A stretch of 22,645 nt of DNA from Atractiella rhizophila (taxonomy: Eukaryota), in assembly GCA_021432655.1 (NCBI GenBank), contig MU271353.1:62001-84645 (forward strand), read 5' to 3'. The position numbers and the translations under genes are program-made. Positions 11,801 to 21,870 of this stretch are shown one piece after another (the stretch's first letter is position 1; each line of letters opens with the position of its first letter). The notes beneath the pieces are model-generated. The model searched no databases. It was not told the origin of the DNA and saw only the letters and a program-made list of their open reading frames with translations.

Positions 11801-12912
11801 GTTTTCTGGTTTTATTCGATTTTCGATTTGAGCCGGGAAGGAGGGTCGGTGCAAAGAGCGAATAGGTGATCGCGGGTGGAGTATTCACACAAGAGTAAGG
11901 AAAGTGAGTCCCTCCAGCGAGCGAACGATGAAGTCGATGGACGATGGACGTTGGACGTTGAAAGAAAAGAAATGGAAGGCGGGATGAAACAAAAGACGAC
12001 AACGCGGAGGCAGTGGGTCAGCTGACTCTCGCCAAGCATTCGCAACCCTATTTATGGCCATGGCTATAATTCATGAACTATAGTGTAAAGTTCAATCAAA
12101 GTCCACTTGTTGCCTTCAAGGTGCTTCATCGTTCAGTTTCAGTTGATGTTCCCAACACCGTCCAGCTGCAGTTCCCTGACGACTTCTCAATAACGCAATC
12201 GGGATCCCTATCTTGATACTTCCTCTCTCCCGAAACGCGACCAGATTCCTCCACCAATTGCTCTGACTACCCGCAATCGAAACGGGGAAGTGAGGAGGAT
12301 TAAAGAGTGAAAGGTTGGGAGTTCAAGGTGTATCAAGTGGGATGGATGGGAGCTATGACAGGTGAGTTCGTGAGTGCTTTCTGTTTTGTACATGTCACAA
12401 CAGCCTGTTTCACTTCCTTTGGAGCTGAAACTTGTTATATACGTTATTTGCGAAGGACGAGGTTGCTTTTTGTGTCACTAGAAGAGCCTTTTATTAGGCA
12501 AACGATACAAGTGACAATATAATAAAAGTAACCAAGATCAGATAAATATGCAAGGAATCCGGAGTAACCGAAAGGCGGTGAGTGTAATGCTATCGCGCTT
12601 GCTCGAAAGAGCTAGACCCTTGAAGGATTACAATCTGGGTATGCCGCGAATGATTCCTCTGTTCTCTACCGTTGAGTTTGCAAGTTTTTTTTACAATGAT
12701 GACAAGTGAGAGGTTCTGCTTATGCCTTACTGAGATCTGAAATCTGAAATCTGGTTCGACGAGACCAACATTGGCGTGAAAACATGTGTCATATATCATT
12801 GTATACTCAAAGCAGCTGTACAGAACTTTTTTTTTGCTTTTTTAATTTTATTTAGAAGAAGGCATGATGCATAGTCAGAACCGAGGAAGGAGACGCTTTC
12901 GTGCTGGCATGC

Positions 12913-14076
12913 CTAATACTTCCTGGGATATGGATCATAGTAATCCATGTTATAGCGGGAAAATTGTCCTGGCTTGTAAGGATTCCCTTGATAGTAACGA
13001 TTATCCTGCGATTGGGAGGTAGCTCCCCAGTCGTAATCGTCCGAGTATGCGGTCCCATAGGAAGGGCCGCCGTACCCGTGCGCTCGAGAAGAAGCAGCTG
13101 CTTCAGAATACATCGAGCTCCGACCGCTGCCATATCTGGCTGCTCCCGTGTCGCTAGAGTAACTGGGTCCGGGTGCAGATCCTGTCGTGGGAGCGTTGTA
13201 CCGAGGTTGGTAGTGATCTGGTTGTCGCGGCCCTGGCGCACTAAAGAATCTCGTCGATGACGTTTGACTCGAGCTGGGACCAGGCAAGTAGGGATCAGGC
13301 TGTGGTGCATACAGACCGCTGTCGTATCCTGATGGCCCAGCCGTAGGCGGAGGATATTGCCCCGAAAGCCGAGACGATGATGGAAGTGTTCTCGATGAGG
13401 TGGATGCTCCCAAGTTCGATGGTCTCGAAGAATTGTCGTGCCAGCTTTGGTGTCCCTGACGACTTTGCAAAACATCTTCGTCCCACTGCGGGTCCTCATA
13501 ATGAGCATCCAACCTGAAATTAGCAGTGATTTGGGGTGAGAAATAAGCCGCATCAGCGGCACAGAAGTTCCGATCGATTTGTTCAACCTGTTGCCTTTCC
13601 ACCCAACGGAATTGCTGTTTGCAAGCGGGGCATGCTGGCGTGATAAGGCCCTTTAGGACGGTTACATCATCCCATCCGTCTTGAACAAACTGCTTTCGTA
13701 TGTAGAACTTTTGCACCACATGTTTTACCTTCATGGCGAGCCCATTCGAGTATTGGTGGTTTCCTTCCAACAAGCTGCCAAAGCAATTAACATGTATCAT
13801 CCCGCGATGAAAGGGACCGCACATGCAGTAAGCACAGGATTCCGCGCAATTCATTTTTGGACGCGCTGTGAACGAGTTGGTTGACTTCATCAGCTTCTCA
13901 ATCCTAGTTACCTCTTCCTGATTTCTTGCCAAGCTCTTCCAGTAGTCTAACCATTTTTCCTCGTTGTCCCAGTCTTGAGGCAGCTGGAGGAGGCCCAACA
14001 TTGTCGCCAAGTCACGCTTGCGATCGCGACGATTCTCAGAGTCAGTCCGACGCTGATCTGGCGGAGGTGTTGACAT
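12913..14076 (-). CDS. Hypothetical protein with a Cys/His putative Zn-binding region and a Y/S/G/P/Q-rich low-complexity C-terminus
   Basis: 387-aa uninterrupted ORF containing CAESCAYCMCGPFHRGMIHVNC...CPAC. The frame stays open upstream to ~14300, so this may be the last exon of a longer gene. Confidence 0.7.
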   Translation of the reverse strand: MSTPPPDQRRTDSENRRDRKRDLATMLGLLQLPQDWDNEEKWLDYWKSLARNQEEVTRIEKLMKSTNSFTARPKMNCAESCAYCMCGPFHRGMIHVNCFGSLLEGNHQYSNGLAMKVKHVVQKFYIRKQFVQDGWDDVTVLKGLITPACPACKQQFRWVERQQVEQIDRNFCAADAAYFSPQITANFRLDAHYEDPQWDEDVLQSRQGHQSWHDNSSRPSNLGASTSSRTLPSSSRLSGQYPPPTAGPSGYDSGLYAPQPDPYLPGPSSSQTSSTRFFSAPGPRQPDHYQPRYNAPTTGSAPGPSYSSDTGAARYGSGRSSMYSEAAASSRAHGYGGPSYGTAYSDDYDWGATSQSQDNRYYQGNPYKPGQFSRYNMDYYDPYPRKY

Positions 14077-14249
14077 GATGTCCCGCCGTTCCCTGGGATA
14101 AGGCGAGGACGTGCGGCCCTTGCGATATTGATCCCGAGGGTTGTCACCTTTGGGCGGTCTTCCTCTTCCTTCCCAGCTTTTTACTGGCTGGGTGATCGAC
14201 GATGCTAGAGGGTCACGATACAGGGCATATTCGTGGGCTGACAGTTTCT

Positions 14250-14871
14250 CTACGTTCTTGGATGCATATGGTGCGGAGTGACCAAAAACGAGTCGAGGAT
14301 GTCAAGCGTGTCACTCCACCAGGAGTGCAGTCCTTTGGTCCATCCTACGAAGCCCACTGCAACGGGTTTTCCATCTTTACCGTCATTGACTCTGTAGATC
14401 CAGAAGCACAGAACTACGGCCATCTGTAAAGTCCAAAGGTTGGCTTGATTTTGTGACAGCGGTGGCGGGGTCACAATTGACGCAAGCATCCACACTGTAG
14501 GATTGTCAGCTTTTGCTTTGCACGTAAAGGCTTGGAGACTGGACCTAGAGCCATGTACACATTATGGATCTCGTATCGCGTGTCGTAATAATTGACTGTA
14601 GTTGGAGGTTTAACATAACGATCTTCATTCCCCTGATAAGGCCTCAGGAACTTGTTGTACACCTCGATGAACTTGTCTTCATCACTAGACCTTTGCAGGC
14701 GGTGTCTACCTGTTCTGATCTCATGTACAACTTCTTCAAAGAAGCTAACGATCTATAACGGCGTCAACTCCAGCTGTTATGCTGATGCTCTCTTACCTCA
14801 ATCATCGTCCACTTGCAAGCAGCCCACCGGGTGGTACTATGGTTGAACTGAGTTCTGATGTCTGTAGACAT
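14250..14871 (-). CDS. Putative small spliced gene with one hydrophobic segment; may be the 5' exons of the 12913-14076 gene
   Basis: ATG at 14871. Exon 14797-14871 (MSTDIRTQ...WTMIE), then GTAAGA...TATAG intron 14753-14796, joins in frame to IVSFFEEVV...VYNKFLRPYQG. Downstream splicing is ambiguous. Hydrophobic WMLASI/MAVVLCFWIY segment. Confidence 0.45.
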
Positions 14872-14907
14872 GATGGTGCTGTGCGGAGGTATCAATGGCA
14901 TCCGCCA

Positions 14908-14915
14908 CTTTTATA
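14908..14915 (-). promoter_or_regulatory. Candidate TATA box (TATAAAAG)
   Basis: Consensus TATAAAAG about 37 bp upstream of the ATG at 14871 on the minus strand. Confidence 0.35.
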
Positions 14916-15514
14916 GACGACCATTTTCGTAGTCTTCGTGAGCCTTGTTTCTACCATTGCCTTGATGAATGCTTGTTGCCTTCCATAAACGTCGTCCTGC
15001 TGAACAAAGGGCAATGTATCACTAACTTATTGACTCGTGGAACTTCTTGTTGCCTATAAACGATTTATTACCTTGGAACAAAGGATGATCCACGGGCATC
15101 GATTGCTGAGTACTTGTTGCCTTCACTTACGATTCACTGATTTTAAAAGAGGACAATCTAACACTACCTTATTCCCTGAGGGAGTTGCCGACACGAACGA
15201 TTTACGGCCTTTGATCAAAGGACGATACGATCCAGTCCCAGCTTATCACTTTGCTGAGTCCTTTGTGTCTACACGAATGGTTCGATCAGCCCTTGATCAA
15301 TGGGACGAAGAACACCTGAACGACCCTTTACTCTACAAGGATCGCTGTCAGACAGCTTGGCGGATCCTGAGAGAAATGCTGCTCAATGTGATAAAAGGAC
15401 GAGATACTGTGCGATGATCTAGCGGTGAGACAAAGATTTTCAGGTTCCAAGCAGATCCAAAGTGTACCTTGACGAATCTCTACATCATAGATGTCACAAA
15501 TATGAAAATGCGCA

Positions 15515-17225
15515 TTATTCACAACCAAGAATATGTTCCCATGAAGATCCCTGAGTCACCTTCTTCAGAATAGAGACAGTTTCAGCACATTTGCACTGAA
15601 CATCCTCCCAGATAAGTGTTTGTAGGGTGGAAAGTGAGACTTCAAGTATTGGGACGAAGTCAGGGCCAATGTTGCTGTCATAGATCGCCAGTACTTGAAG
15701 TCTGAAATCCGGTTCGTGAAACCAATAATCCAGAACGCCAGACATACCCTCCCGGAATGTGGGTTCGAATTGCGCTCGACGAAGCTCTAATTCGTGAAGA
15801 GAATTGAACTGAGCTAGATAACGAAGGATGAAGGAAATGTCAAGGCGACCAGCTTTGGGAGCACCATGAAGTTTCAGACAAGAGATACGTGGGTAAATCG
15901 TGAAGAAATGCATAATATAAAAGCAGGCGTTTGAAGTTAGACCTGAATGTCTGAATATTAGCTTGCTCAGGCCAGACGTGAAAATAGGGGCGGCGCACCC
16001 TGCAGGAAAAGCGACTCAACGTTCTCACTTTCTTGCACTATCCTGGACAAACTTTCTAGCCCGCCTTGCAGCCCGATCTCCAAATCATAGGTAAAATTTT
16101 TCACCAATTTCCGTAGATGGGGGTTTTCCTTGATAGTTCGCAGAAATAGGACTTCATCAGTCTGGTCTTCCCATTGATACCATCCTTTGAGCCAAGGAGA
16201 TTGATAGAGGTGCCTTCTCCCCATGTCGACGAATCTTTTAGCGGACCGAATGAATGAAGCGAGACCATGTCGCCTGCCCAGATTATCGGCAGCTTTCGAG
16301 TCGAAATCGGGGTCGAAAGGAAATGGCAGTGGCTTGAGGAAGAGTAAAATGTCATCCACAAGTTCTAAGGGCAGTTGGGTGAAAGCTGGGATTTCGTCCG
16401 GAACCATCGTCTTGACCTATCCCGTAATGATGAGCTCTCATTTCAACTGGAATAAACTTGTATACCATGACGACCGGAGTGCGAAAATACGGCTCCCGAT
16501 GAAAATTTTAGCTAAATCGTACTCTTTATATCCCCGACTCACCGTTTCTTCTTCCGCTTTTTCTCTAACATTTTTTGTTCCCTACTATCAAGATGTAAAG
16601 TCCCGTCACGCTTGGGCGGTTGTTCAAAATTGGAATAAAATCTTGTTCGGCTCGGTAGCCCTATTTCGATGATCTCATTTGCTTTGGGGTCCCACTCGTA
16701 GAAATTACCGTCATATAGAAAACAAACGATGCCATAGATAGCATAGATTCCTCGAAAAGGATCGATAGCATCGCCATCATACCAAATATAAGGAGTTGTC
16801 TGAGGTACGGTGTCAGGGAGGGGAAGATTGAATGTCTGGCGAAGTCGAGAAAAAATTGAATACCTCCCCCATGGATGCCAAAGTCCTGGATGCTCTGGCT
16901 GGGGAGACTCGTTACAATCGAGAGGCAGAAACCTTCTTTGAAAAATAGGATACGACCCAGACCGTAGACTATTGGCAAACCAATCGAACCATGAATCATC
17001 CGTCATGTAGGGCAAAGGTGGTTCTAGTCGAAGCAAAGAACAAAGATCACCAGGCGTTCCTGGTTTTGCTCCACATACGGGACAATACTCAGAGGGATCA
17101 GGGTTCCCTTCATTCTCTTCATCCATAGCTTCGAGTTCTTCTTCCGTCAGAGGTTTAGTGAGATATTCTCTCCACTTCATCCATTCTACATCTACCTGCA
17201 CCTGCGAAAGCTGCCGCCTTTCCAT
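15515..17225 (-). pseudogene. Paralog 1 of the CPxCG-domain/F-box-like/LRR-like gene; intron-1 acceptor is TCG, so splice-defective or split
   Basis: Homologous exons 16543-17225, 16466-16496, 15999-16416, 15515-15942 are all open (519 aa if spliced). The acceptor at 16499-16497 reads TCG where the paralogs have TAG or AAG. Confidence 0.6.
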
Positions 17226-17443
17226 TTTCTTCGAAAAAAAAACGAATTCTCAAAAGACGAAGAGGGGCGAAGAGAGGACGATTGAAATGGACAGTCCGTG
17301 CTTTGCAACGAAGGCAACAAAGGGCCTAGGATTGGGTGGGCCACAGAAAAGCACAAAGCAAAGAGCAACAAGCATATCGTCCAAACCTTATCATGTCCAT
17401 TTCAAATAAGCTTCTTTCAGACGGAACTTTCTACGCAAGCCTC

Positions 17444-17563
17444 AGCGCCCTCTTTGCTCTGCTTCCTGTCTTCTCTCTCTTCTGCCTCTCCTCAGCTGCC
17501 ACCAGCAGAGCCGCAAGACCTATCAAAAAAGCAGAAGCGGTCGAAGAGAATGCACCGAAGGGA
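17444..17563 (+). pseudogene. 5' fragment (signal-peptide region) of the TMX-like gene at 21751; original ATG lost
   Basis: LFALLPVFSLFCLSSAATSRAARPIKKAEAVEENAPKG versus parent MLLFALLPVFSLFCPSSAATRRTAGPITKAEAVEENAPKG. Homology stops at 17563. Confidence 0.8.
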
Positions 17564-17631
17564 ATACGAATAAGTACAAGTGTACATTTTGCGAAGGAAA
17601 TGCTTACTTTGGAATCATATAAACTCTTGGA

Positions 17632-19305
17632 ATGGAACAGCTTTTGCAGTTGGATCTCGACCTCGATGCCGAATGGTTGAAATGGAGAGAATATCTCACT
17701 CAGCCTCTAACGGAGGAAGAAATTGAAGATATGGATGAAGGGAATCCCAACCTATCAGAATATTGTCCTAGCTGTGGAGCAAAACCAGGATCGCCTGGTG
17801 ATCTTTGTCCTGCGCTCCGCCTTCATCCACCTTTCTCGTCCAAGTCGGATTCATGGGTTCAAGGCATCACCGAGCTTGTGCGAGCTGGTTCATATCCAAT
17901 CTTCCAAAAAAGACTTCTTCCTCTGGATCACAACATATCCCTTCACCCAAAGGATCATGCGACCTGGTATTCTTGGGGAAGATATTCAATATTTTCTCGC
18001 CTTCGTCAGGCATTCAATCTCCCTTTACCCAACACAGTACCTCGCACGATCCCTTATACATGGTATGACGGCGATCATTTAGGAAGTTACGGCGTTGTCT
18101 GTTTTCTCTACGGATGTGACTTCTACGAATGGCACCCAGACAGTCGCGACATCTTCAAGATAGGGCCGGCGAGAGGAACAGATTTTTATAAAGCTTTTCA
18201 GCAACCCCCAGAGCGTGACGAGACGGCACATCTCAACCGCAGGGAAAGGAGAATGATGGGAATAAAGAAGAAGAAAAGGTGAGCTATCTTATAGGACATG
18301 GGAAGTGGTAATAGAGCTGAACGAATCATAGAAAACCAAAATTACGTGCTCCGGTCGTGATGGTACACAAATTTGTTTGTTGTATGACAGCTCACCTCAT
18401 GGCTAGGTCAAAACGGTGGTTGCCGACGAGATGCTAGCTTTCAGCCGACTCCCTCTAGAACTTGTCGATGAGATTTTATTCTTTCTGAAGCCATTGCCTT
18501 TTTCCTTCGACTCCGATTTTGATGCCAAAGCTGCCGATAATTTGGGCAGAAGACACGGGCTGGCCTCCTTCATTCGATCTGCCAAGAGGTTCGTTGATAT
18601 CGGGAGACGACATCTTTACGAGACGCCTTGGCTGAAAGGTTGGTATCAATGGGAGGACCAGAACGATGAAGTCTTGTTTCTGCAGACTTTGAAGCGAAGT
18701 CCTCATCTGCGCAATTTGGTCAGAAATATTAGCTATGACTTGGCTATTGGGCTCCACGGTGGGTTAGCAAGCTTGTCCAGGATTCTGCAGGAAGCGAAGC
18801 ATATTATATCGCTGTCTCTGCAAGGTGTGCATGTTACCGCTTGCCTCAGGGTACTAAGTTTCCATGTTCAGGGTTAACTTCAAACGCCTGCGTTTATATC
18901 ATGATGCATTCGGCTAGTCTTTACAGTCATCTGTCGAGCTTGAAGCTTCATGGCGTCCCAGACCAGCGCCTACTTAAAATATCGCACTCACTCGACTACC
19001 TATCACGATTCCGTTCTCTTCGCGAGTTGGAGCTTCGTTATGCACACTTTGAACCCTCATTCGAGGACTTGCCGAATGCTACTACCACTGACTATTACTT
19101 GGAGAAACCTGATTTTAGACTTCAAGCGTTAGCGGTGTATGACAGCAGAATTGGGCCGGACTTTGTGCCCATACTCGAAGGATCGCTTCCAACGTTGCAC
19201 ACTCTTATTTTGGAAGGTGTAGAATGTGAATGTGACAAAACCATGTCCATTCTGAGAAACCTAACTGAAGAGTCGCTATGGGGACACTTCTTTCGTTATG
19301 ACTAG
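17632..19305 (+). CDS. Paralog 2 (inverted) of the CPxCG-domain/F-box-like/LRR-like gene, 509 aa
   Basis: Exons 17632-18278, 18332-18362, 18407-18824, 18872-19305 with introns GTGAGC..CATAG, GTACAC..GCTAG, GTGTGC..TTCAG, all in frame. F-box-like FSRLPLELVDEILFFL. LRR-like SLRELELRY, RLQALAVYDS, TLHTLILEGV. Confidence 0.8.
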
Positions 19306-19793
19306 TTTGCTTTTACATATTGTTGAAATGTATACTGGGAATCTTTCCTGCCAGAACCGTTGTAAGCTTTCATAACTTGCAATCGCTTTCCAGCCTCTCA
19401 CAGCTCCTAAGCTTCCCCAATCCATGCTTTAACGGCGCGCAACCACTTCCCAAACAACCACTCGGGACGCCATCGAACCCTACCAGTTAGCCTTCAACCA
19501 ATTCGGAGATCGATGATCCTGCTTTCTACTCAGCTCGTCCTCTACACAGATCTCGTCTCATCTAGCCGCATCACGATCTCCTCCTGAGTTGTCACCTGAG
19601 CGCTGTAATCGTCGAGATCGACTGTCCTCAGGCGATGGCTCATTCACCGAAGATCGCTCAGGCCAAGGGAGAGATGGAGCGGGATACGACGGAGAGGGAC
19701 AGGAGTCTGGAGTAAGAGGAGTTGGAAGATACGCAGATTGCGCAAGGGAGGTAGTGGTAGAGGGCTCGAGTCAAGTCATTAACGCGAAGCAAA

Positions 19794-21870
19794 GCTCAAA
19801 ATTGTGAAATATTGCATTCTTTGTACCGAAAGAGGTGTTCCCATGGAGAGTCCCGCGTCAAGTCCGTTAAAATATGGACGGTTTCGTAACAAGAGCACTC
19901 GACATCTTCCCACACCAGAGTTTTCAAGTTAGAAAGCGATGTTTCGAGTATAGGGACAAAGTCAGGCCCAACTCCGCTGTCATAGATCGCAAGTGTTTGA
20001 AGTTTGAATTCCGGTTTTTGAAACCAGTAATGCCAGTAATGCTTCTTGTTGGACACCTCCTTGCGGAATGTAGGTGAAAACTGCACTCGGCGGAGCTCGA
20101 GCTCGCGAAGAGCAGTGAATCTTGCCAGATAGCGCAGTATGATGGAAATGCTAAATCGCCTACCCTTGGGGATACCGTGAAGCTTCAGACAAGAGATACG
20201 GGGAAAAACCTTTAAGGAATACATGATGTAAAAACAAGAGATTGAGGTCAAACCTGAATATTTGGACGATGAATTTATTCCGGACAAGCGGCAAAAGAGA
20301 AGACATACCTTGCAGACTAAGCGACTCTATATGATGACTTTCGTCTAAAATCCCAGACAGACTTTCCAGACCCCCGTGGAGTCCGATCTCCAAATCGTAA
20401 GTGAAATATTTCACCAAACTTCGCAAATGTGGATTTTGCTTGATACTTCGCAGAAACAAGACCTCGTCTGTCAGGTCTTCCCACTGATACCATCCTTTCA
20501 ACCAAGGAGACGGATAAAGGTGTCGCCTCCCGATGTCGACGAACCTCTTGGCAGATCGAATGAAGGAACCGAGACCGTGTCGCCTGCCCAGATTATCGGC
20601 AACTTTAACGTCAAAATCCGAGTCGAAGAGAAAATGCAACGGTTTGAGGAAGAATAAAATCTCGTCCACTAGCTCGAGAGGCAGTCGACCGAAGGCTGGC
20701 ATGTCGTTGAGAACCATGGTCTTGACCTAGCGCCGCAACACTGAGTTCTTCCAAAGAGAGAATAAACTTATGTACCATGACAACTGGAGCACGAAGGTTT
20801 AGATCCCTTTGACGCTTTCACCTCAATTATATGCCTAGGTATGTCTAAATACAACGCACCATTTCTTCTTCTTCTTCACCCTTTGCTTTTTCCTTTCACC
20901 ACGATTGGGATGGGAAGTCTCATCACGCTGTGGCGGTTGCTCAAAGGCTAAATAAAAATTCGTTCTGCTGGGATGCCCTAGTTCCTTAATTGCATTCGAC
21001 TTTGGGTCCCACTCGTAGAAACTGCCGCCGTATAGAAAACAAACAACGCCATAGGTGGCGTAAGTCCCTTTATAAGGAGCTATAGTCTTGCCATCGTACC
21101 ACGTATAAGGAATGGTGCTTGGTGCGGCGTCAGGGAGGGGGAGATCAAACGTCTGACGGAGTCGTGAAAATATTGAATATCTGCCCCAAGGGTGCCAAAG
21201 TGCCGGATATTCTGGCTGAGGAGACTCGTTACAATCGAGCGGTAGAAATCTTCTTTGGAAGATAGGATAAGGCCCAGCCCGTAGAATATCGGCGAACTGA
21301 CCGAACCATGACAGATCATTCATGTTCATGTAAGGCAAAGGTGGTTCCCGTAGAAGAGCAGAACAAAGATCACCAGGCGTCCCAGGTTTTGCTCCACATA
21401 TGGGACAATACTCAGAGGGATCAGGGTTCTCTTCATTCTCTTCGTTCATAGCTTCGAGTTCTTCTTCTGTCAAAGGTTTAGTGAGATATTCTCTCCATTT
21501 GATCCATTCCGCATCGAGGTCCACCTGTGAAAGCAGGTCCATCCACCGAGAAAAAAGCCTCCCAAGCTGGAATCACAAACCGCAGCTGAAATCGCGTGAA
21601 GAGAGGCCGGGAGGACACAATCGAAAGACCCAACACGACAAAAGGCAAAACAAAGGCAACCATATTCATTATCTCCAGACCTTATCAATCTCCCATTTCA
21701 AATAAACTTTTTCAGCTCAGACGACGACGCAACTTCCACGCAAGCTCAGGATGCTCCTCTTTGCTCTGCTTCCTGTCTTCTCTCTCTTCTGCCCGTCCTC
21801 AGCTGCCACCCGTAGGACAGCAGGACCTATCACAAAAGCGGAAGCGGTTGAAGAGAATGCGCCGAAGGGA
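19794..21870 (+). repeat. Segmental duplication unit 3: likely source copy, adjoining the intact TMX-like gene
   Basis: Direct similarity to 15493-17563 and inverted similarity to ~17640-19330. Confidence 0.85.
19796..21542 (-). CDS. Paralog 3 of the CPxCG-domain/F-box-like/LRR-like gene, 529 aa
   Basis: Exons 20860-21542, 20776-20806, 20309-20726, 19796-20253 with introns GTGCGT..CAAAG, GTACAT..GCTAG, GTATGT..TTCAG, all in frame. F-box-like FGRLPLELVDEILFFL. Confidence 0.8.

Larger units (their letters stand above)
15493..17563 (+). repeat. Segmental duplication unit 1: diverged direct copy of ~19794-21870
   Basis: Colinear similarity across the whole F-box-like gene, the promoter block (CCTTATCA..CCATTTCAAATAA) and the TMX-like 5' coding region. 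It ends at ...GAAGAGAATGCRCCGAAGGGA (17563 vs 21870). The left edge is approximate. Confidence 0.85.

Noticed and set aside
11850..12850. Short ORFs in the intergenic region upstream of the lectin-like gene
   Set aside because: All under 100 aa with no motif or coherent exon model.
18416..18418. Non-AUG (GTG) start for the second F-box ORF
   Set aside because: It is an internal Val codon three codons into exon 3, which supports the spliced model.
15515..21542. Repeated two-gene cassette, e.g. a toxin-antidote or spore-killer pair
   Set aside because: Conserved donors, a frame-preserving 31-nt micro-exon and a conserved acceptor explain the pairs better as exons of one gene. It is not fully excluded without transcript data.
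15493..21870. Transposable element explanation for the repeats
   Set aside because: No transposase, reverse transcriptase or helicase motifs, terminal inverted repeats, LTRs or target-site duplications were seen. The introns are retained.
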